A DNA stretch of 64,000 nt from Phallusia mammillata (lineage: Eukaryota): the NCBI GenBank assembly GCA_965637545.1, contig OZ281495.1, forward strand, positions 28,024,001-28,088,000. Direction: 5' to 3'. The notes under the pieces were generated by a model. The model saw only the letters and a list, made by a program, of their open reading frames with translations. It was not told the origin of the DNA and did not search any database. Numbering within the stretch: position 1 is the first letter of the stretch; every line of letters begins with the position of its first letter. Of this stretch, positions 50,852 through 59,800 are shown in pieces. The position numbers and the translations under genes are program-made.

Positions 50852-53800
50852 ATGGCCGCCGTCACTGAACAAGCCCCTGTTACTGACGTCAATCCCAAAT
50901 TGGACGCCGACCCCGTGAGTTGTGTTCCATGGCCCATTCCCCCACCCAATCCCGCCCTGGAAGTCAAATATACCAAGGTAAGGAGTATTAAGTGTTACAT
51001 GTTTACATTCTCTGCGTTCGCGCCTGGCATTATTTGAGTGTACTGAGACTTAATTTGTCCATCTTATGTTGAAAACTACATAAATGTATTATCATCTATA
51101 TCCTAAAACCTAAAACTAGTCGTTTTGAAAACAACTCCAGGATAAACAAAGTGTCAACCCGTAATGAACCGCATGCGTCTAAACTGGTGATTTAAAGTTT
51201 AAACATTGCGAATATCAGATACAAAACATTTTGCTTATACATAGTGCAAGTTTAAAATCTTTCCAGACATTTTAAGTGTTTAAACATTCCAGATTCATGA
51301 TTAAAGATCATGGCTGTCCAGAAACATACAGTGATTCACAGAACACTTAAGCGTTATAGTTAATATCACCAAACACTTTTCAACTACAAAACTACGTCAC
51401 CGAACTTAGAATGTCAGCAACAATCTACACGCGTCAATGACTCAGCAATTCAAATAGCCGCATCATGGCTGTGACGTCATTCCAGGACGCCGATTGGACA
51501 AATGCCAGAAAACTCCTATTTGTCTTACAACATGTTAGCTTTGAGTTATGATTAGGCAAGGAAGTTATGTGTGGAAAAGTGACTTGGCTCATACTCATGA
51601 CTGCTTTTGAGAAAGGAACAAACAATTTGTCAGTTCATAGTTGTGTTTGAACAGCTGTAACTCGTCTACAGCGTTCTCTGTAACCTTGCAGCAAATAAAC
51701 ATTTAAAATACCCTGGTTTTACCAAAGCTTCAGTAGCAAAGGAAAAAGTATTTAGTCACAAAAAAACTAAACTATCTAAATCCCCAGTATGATTGTGCGC
51801 GGCTTAGCAGTGGGATCAAGGCTGTGGTAAATTTACGCTAAATACAGAAAACCATCCAAAAGTAACAGTAAAATCCACCCTTTTGTGTGAGCAACGTAAA
51901 AACCTTTTACCCTAACACAAATCGGATTTATTGCGAAAATTCCCAAGCCCTCGTGTCTTAGCGCTATGTAAACGCTGAGCATTGTACAAGATTCCAAAAC
52001 GGGCGACAGTGAGCGCACGACGCTCTTCTATTGACCTTGAATTCGATTGTGACAAAGGTTAAAGAAAAGTACGCTTGAACCGTTTTGACACAATAACAAC
52101 CGTTTCTTTGTGGGAGCCCAACGTACACCCACACACGTTTGGACTTAAGGCTTTGTTTGCACTTAATTTACGTGGGGTTTCGATGGCTATTCCGGGTCCG
52201 TTTTCTGTGATGTTACGTAATGGGTCATGTTAAGTTTCGTACCTAATGCGTAGGTATAGGACTGAAACCGGCCCACAACCTCCTTAATGCTTAAGGTCAG
52301 GAGAAAATGATCTATGCAAAAACAAATTTTCATAGCGTGGGGATTTTTTTACGAACGGCCACGTGGGGACCTTACATAAAGAGAAAAAATATGGTTTCTC
52401 GGATGGTAACGGTTTACTGTTAAAGCTAAACGTGTTTTCGCGTTAATTCATAACTGGGATCAGCCCTGAAACGTTAATGCAGCCCAGCGATCACTGATCA
52501 TTTAGCTATAGGTTCCCGATACGCAACGGTTAAATGTTTCCAACCCAGTTTACAACATATTCCGCGTGTACTGTGACATAACGCATGAGATATTAAAATA
52601 ACGTAAGTTACCTAAACAAAGCACATGGGACAAAGCGAATACCTGGTAAAACGGTAATAGGAAACATAGCTAGTTTGTTTATGCGCATTTTTGTTGTTGC
52701 AAAAAATACCAAACATCATAAGAATCTGATATACTGTGATAAATATAACCACCTGGACCAAATACAACAGTCGCATGATTCTATTTACACGAACACAATA
52801 GATACATTAACTAAACTATCACGTTTAACCCCCAGGGTGTCAGAATACTGGCGGGAAATATATGAAGCAAACCCAAATGTTTTAGTGATAACAATCGCCA
52901 TAGCAACCATATCCACACCACCAGATGGTGTCCGAACGCAATGACGTCATACACTGAAAGTCGGCACGTGATCTTTATGTGCCATAATGTTTAGTAGGGC
53001 TCCCGACGCATACTGTTTGACGCACCTGGTTTTTTTATGGCCTGTTCAGCCACAGCAAACCAGAAAATAAACAGACTTAGGTACTGAAAATCAACACATT
53101 GGGCCTATAACAGCTGCCGTCCCGACAATGTACGTACGCGTCGTGCAGTTCTTTGCCATTTATAGCTTCTGGTATTTCGTGGCGCAGTGTACACCTGGTT
53201 GACTGTGAAAGTCGCGAGGTGAGGGAAATTAATAGTAACCGGATTAAGGGAAACTAATTCGGGATGATTAATTGCAACAAAGGACGGCTGGGAAATGAAA
53301 CAAACTTTGTATTGCAATACAGTAAAACCGAAAGACTGTAAATCCTTGGTTTAAACAGAATCAGTCGGTTTAAAATGAAGGAATATATATTTCGCCTATG
53401 TGGCATCATCAGTTGTATTGCAATAGTTCTCTTCCTGGGCCTTTTAAAGTAGCATGTTTAACGCGATTTTTTTTGCTGTTGCAATGCAGAACTATTCTAC
53501 TGCAATTAAAATGATACAATGGGGGCTTTAGTGGGTGGATGATATTTTAGGCAAATCTACGAAATGCTTGCAGCCACTGAGAGCAAACAGTTTACTTGTA
53601 AACCCTTTGAAAGCATTCAGTAAGCAAACACTTACATTACCTGGTAAGGCACATAAAATTCGCTGAACAAACCATTCGAGAGCTTTTGAAGCTTGATATA
53701 ATAACTTGTATCTGCAAAATCTTTCAAAAATTTGTTGTTTAGACCACAATATGACAATCTGTTCCGTATTTTTGGCTCACATAAAAACGGTAATGGCCAT

Positions 53801-56800
53801 CGGCGGAACCGTTGCATAAGAGCCTAAATTGCCGTCTACACCCAGATCGGTGCGAATGTCACGCGAAATAAATTACAGCGATAATGCAGCGAATCACCAG
53901 TGGATTGCGCACCCTGATCCGCATAAAATTGGCGGCTTTACAGACGTAAGATGAGAATACCTGATAAAGTAAGAATCTTTGGCGTTTTTACTGCTGTGTG
54001 GCGCCTGTAGGGTTGCAGGTGGTAATCTCTGGCCACGATGTGTGTTTGTGTAACATATAAAGCGGGGTTTATCGCAAGACATCAGTGCAGAGGGAGTCGG
54101 AACTTCTTGTTCCCACAACTCACATAAGGGTATTATAACGCGACTAAGCTTCAATTTATATATTTTGCGGTTAGTGTTGTATAAAGTGGCAACATTTTTA
54201 TTGCAGCAGATTCGCTAATCCATGAGAAAATATTCAAAGACAAATGTTTTGAAAATTCCAGAGTGATGATCAGTACCACACCTCTTCCAAGATATTTTTT
54301 TCAATCAAACAAATCCGCAAAACTAAGAAATGCCTTAAAAGTCCAGCACCTATGATTCAAACTGTACAAAATTGAAATAAACAGTAAAACTTATAAAATC
54401 CAAACCATACATAATTATAATTTACAAGCAATCTGTAGACTTCCAACAACACTGAAAGCAAGTTGGTGAAATGAAGACAATAAACTAAAAATGTCACAAT
54501 AGCGCGCAGACAACTATAGACATATGGTATTCCGGCTTCTCGCATGGTGTAAAATATAAGGGTTAGGTTTGACATTGGTTCGACATCACGAAGATTGATG
54601 TGCTGCGCATCATTTCAAAGACAGGTGCAACCACAAGGGGTCAGCATTTTGGGTTCATCACATATGTGCAATTGCAAAACCGTGAATCCAGTGTTCCGAA
54701 AAACTTTAAATGTAACAGGAAACAAGTAATATCACATGTCACGAACATTTTGTTCATGTTTACCTATACGGTTTGGCGCAGTTGGTTCTGCAATTTTATT
54801 GGGTGTAGCACACGTTTGTGACAACAGTTTGTAATAATTTACACGAACAAAAACTGAACGGAATTGGAGTTTATAAAAGAAACAAAAGCCTAGAGAAGGG
54901 AATGCACCTAATTTAAAACGTGAACAAACGTGTTAAGCTTGTCGCAAAATCTTCTCTCGCGCGTCTTATATTACTGTTGTTGGCAAAAATCAAACGATAT
55001 TTATCGGTATGAAACGATGCCTATCGTAAAGCTAAATCTTATCAACTAAAATCGCATTTCAACCTTCCCAATATGGAAGAGACGAATGAAAATCGACAGT
55101 GTGACCATTTTCAGCTAATAAATTAATCCCACTACCAAACCAATTGTTTTATTAAAGACTCTTAACTTAAATGCAATGACTAATTTCTCAGTTTAGCATG
55201 TTTGTTTAAAAAGTCTTGAATTCTCATTTGTAGCTTCAATAGTGGTGCAAACCTGTTAAAACCTAAAAAAGGGTCAAAACATTGCATGAGAAACTCGTGA
55301 ATTACAATTGAATAAATTTATAAACACAACGCCAGGTTTTCATTATAAACAAGTAATAGGCGTTAACTGTTTTATAAGTCAGGAGAAGGTGTTTTTTGTT
55401 GCTTAAATTTGTGTAAAATCTAATTTTCTCCCTTTTGAAACATTTTGTTGCGACATTTGAAGTGCACGGCACTTTCTGTTTTGCCGTCAAGCAAAAAAAC
55501 ACTTCGTTCGCGTGAGAAAGAACCACTAGGGCACTGCAGTGATTTCGCCCTTCGTGTAAATATTTAGTTTCCATATGCCGACGTTGCAAGATTTGGCGCA
55601 GTCTGTGCGTCGTTACAAAACAAATACTATGTTTGTAGCGGGTGAGATTTCTTCCTGCCGAGGTACAGGTTTCAAAGGAATTGCAACCGATCAAGATGAC
55701 CTTTAATCGCCTGTAATGGTGATAAGAAAGTCTTGATGCCAAGTAATTGTGGCAAAAATGTTGAGTTTTTTGGCACAACAGTCGGTTATGTAATAGGCCA
55801 TTGATTTGGAACATCAGAAAAAAAGAATTTGTTGCATAACTTCTTTACCACTGCCAATAGAGTAGAATGGTTGGCTGAGCCTGTGGTCGTTTGGGTCAAA
55901 TAGTGGCCCTTGATACTGGTACACTTCTCATAAAACCAATAAGACACTATTTGATGTGCCCTATTTCAGACCATTCACTTGGTTTTGCTCCCTTACTTTA
56001 AGGTTTGCTTTTGGAAAATCAAACCGTCAACAACTAGCCAAATCAAATGTTTGTAGGAGCACGACCACAAAGGGAAACAAAGTACACAAAATCTAGTATG
56101 GTAATCAGATGGTCTCAAAATACCCCATCAAGTTTCGAACACCCCGTCATGTTTCGACCTCCAAAACCCCATTGGGATAATAATCTGTTAAAAATCCCTC
56201 TACAACGTTGGCTACAGCTACCACTCTTTGTTTTGGGCTGTTTGTTTGTTTAAACCGCTTTTGGTCATGGTAGGGATTTTCCATTGATTGTCATCATGCT
56301 TTGTCGACACACAATGAAGATAAAATTTTGATGGTTGTTTCCTGTCTCCAACCTACGACTGATAGTTTAACCCAATTACAAAGCAAACATATAATGGCAA
56401 AAGCGTTTCGGGAACTGCATTACAAATAGCCATTAACCCTCACTGACGTTGGTTGAAATGAATTGGTTGAAAATAACACGAATTATTGCCGAATACACGA
56501 AAATACCATCTGTTAGAAGCTAGACCATAATATCTGTTCATCAATACATTTAAATGTTGGCAATAAACGGATACATTTACACACCCAAATACACAGTGAA
56601 ACATATCAGGCAGCTCGACACGGTGGAGGTATTCACTCACCAAGAATAGCATACAATGATCATTATAACATAACCTTTTTTGCGCAGATGTTCATCAACA
56701 ACGAATGGTACGACGCTTCTGGTGGAGCAACATTCAATGACATCAACCCGTCCACTGAAAAAGTAACCGCCCGCATTGCCGAGGCTTCGGAGGTCAGTCT

Positions 56801-59800
56801 TATCATTCAGCACTTTCTCGAAACTCTTATCGCGTTGTCCAATTGTTTACAAACAAACGTCAAAGGGCCGATAATGGACCAGTTGTTTTAGGAGTTTTTG
56901 AAACTTTTATCGTGACAGAAATGTGATAAGCGTTACGCTTTATTCTGGTTATCAGGTACGGTCGGGCATGTGTGGGAGGGAATAGTTACGTGCAAAGTTT
57001 CATGTGTTTGAATGGAATTTTTTTCGAGTTTGCTTGCGAGAGCCACCTGGTGTGTAGAATCACTAGACTTATACGCCCAAAACGTAGAACTGGATTGAAA
57101 AATAAAATTTACGTTTTTTGGTGTTTGCATTTTGCTTCTATAAATTTCGTCCGTAACATCTTTACTTGCAAAATTAGTGATGAGTACCAAAACAAAAGAA
57201 TCTGTAGTGGTATATTCTCCTTAATGATAGTGCATTTAGCCCTTTTGCATGAAGTCTGTGGTAAAATTAAGCCATTTTTTCATTTAAAGGCTGATGTAGA
57301 CAAAGCAGTGGCAGCAGCAACCGCCGCTTTCCAACCTGGATCGCCTTGGCGCAAAATGGACGCATCTGACCGCGGGGTTCTAATCAACAAACTTGCTGAC
57401 TTGATTGATGAAAACAAGTACTACCTTGCGGTAAGCATCACAATTTAGTTTAAACCTGAAATCTATGGACACAAGCTATACAACACACTTTTAAGATTAA
57501 AATAATAAAGTAGTTTGTTTAGCTAGCAAGCAAATGCAACTGTTCTCTACTTTAACTCACTGCAAATTCAAATCAAATCTTAAGGAATTAACAGTAAAAA
57601 ACAAAAAATATACCCTTATTGCACCAAACACCACCATAGAAACCTACCCTTGCATATGTTCTAAAAAGCAATTTGTCCTTGTTACGTCATACAGTGCCTT
57701 GAAACACTCGACAGTGGCAAACCTTACACGCACACGTTTTTCATGGACACAACTGGTATTTCAAAACTACTTCGTTATTACGCCGGATGGACAGACAAAA
57801 TGCATGGCAAAACTGTACCCGTTGATGGCGATTACCTGAGCTACACATTGGTTCAACCCATGGGTGTTTGTGGACTCATTTTACCAGTAAGTTTAAAATC
57901 AATTTTCACAAATGTTAGAAGCATGTCTAACCTTTCCTTGGCGCGTATACATTGGTATTGTTTTGTGGCTAAAACTGACCAGTCAACCAAAAATTAGCAA
58001 AGGTTGCAGACTGCACAAGCAACAAACGAATTGCTTTGGTCCTAATAAGTAATATTGCATCACTATCACTAGGTTCATGACAATAGAACAGTCAATGACT
58101 TGACAAACAATATGCAAACAAACAGCAAGAAGTACCAACAAGGTTCAAAGTTCCGTAATAATGAAACAACACTTACTTTTTTCAGTGGAACATGCCTCTT
58201 ATCACAATGGGTATGAAGTTAGGTCCGGCGCTTGCTTGTGGCAACACGGTAGTAATCAAGCCAGACGAAAACACACCTCTTACAGCTCTGTTTCTTGCTT
58301 CGCTCACAAAAGAAGCGGGCTTTCCAGCAGGAGTTTTTAACGTAGTACCTGGCGGTCCAACAGCTGGAGCAGCACTTGTAAACCACCATGGGGTTCAGAA
58401 AATATCTTTCACTGGATCAATTGAAGTGAGTTATCATCAAAATGCGTTCACTTTTCACATCATTTTGTTTTGTTGCGATAGCATATCTTTTAAAATAAAT
58501 TAGATACGTTGGAAGTTGGAACACTATATACGGATCTGTTCATAAGTTTAATGGTGAAAATAACGGCCCAAATTGATGTGGCCTTCATATCACTGATGAT
58601 GGCATGAGCATTTGCCGAAACGTTTGAACAATAAAGCATGTCGCTTTTTACGTCTATTTGGGCCGTTATTTTCACCATTAAACTTATAAATTAGATACGG
58701 TTTTCTTAATATGCAACGTGTAGGTGTTTATTGAATTTAACTGACACACGTTTGTAAACTTTACTCTGGCAGATTGGACGAAAGATTGAAGAAGCTTCAT
58801 CAAAGACCAATATGAAGAGGTTGACTTTGGAGCTTTCCGGAAATTGTCCTAATATTATATTTGCCGATGCTGATTGTAAGTAAACAGCATATGTCCGTCA
58901 AGGCAAAGCAATACCTTTTTTGAGACAAGATTCTTTAATAGCGGTGTATGCCTCCCTTTCAATTTCCCTTGGTATCCATAAACGACCACGAAAACACTTT
59001 TTTTGCAGACAAAAATCATTTTATAGACGTTTATTGCGAACAAATGCAGCGTTACATGTACACCATAGATTTAACACTTTTGCCTTGTTTTTAGTGGACT
59101 ACGCAGTAGAGCAAGCCCACCAAGCCGTGTTCATGAACCAAGGACAAATGTGCACTGCTGGGGCTAGGACATTTGTGCATGAAGACATTTACGACGAGTT
59201 CGTCAAGAAGAGCGTGGCGAGGGCATCTAAAAAGATGGTAGCTGATCCGTTTCAGCTGTATTCAGAGCAAGGACCACAGGTATAACACTTGATCAGTGGT
59301 TTAAATAGATTTTGTATTTATCGCATTTGACGTTAAGAGCCAGTTTGTATTTAGAAAGTAATCATGCTTGAAATATGTTTTTAAATATGGAATGAAGATT
59401 GAGGTCAAATAGTTGTGCAATAACGATTGTGAAAAGTGTCATACCCAATATTCGGATTGAATACCAACTAACACAGTTGGCAATTACATGTTTGATAATA
59501 TATTTGATACAAAACCGATACACTTAGTTAAAGTTCTCTGTGGGTAGATTTAAGTTGGTCGATAGCTTGGATGATGTCTGGTCTTATACTGCTCACTGAC
59601 ACCCTAGGTCCCCAAACTTCAATTACGTTTCCCTCGCCGTCAAGCAAATATTTCCAAAAGTTCCATGTTGGTGCTCGACCAGAATTTTCTGCGGAGTAGT
59701 AAACATTATTGGGATCGAACGTTTTACACGACTGCAGTATGATACAAATTTATGAAAACATTGCACCATTTTACGTTTAACAATGGTAAATTAAATGACA

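Noticed and set aside
52470-52500. TTAATGCAGC, reminiscent of a twister ribozyme 5' segment
   Set aside because: The other twister elements are missing, and the two sister repeat copies read TTCATG at this position.
53380-53415. Minus-strand CTGATGA-T-GCC/ACATA/GGC-GAAA hammerhead-like core
   Set aside because: Helices I and III cannot both be formed in type I or type III topology; probably chance.
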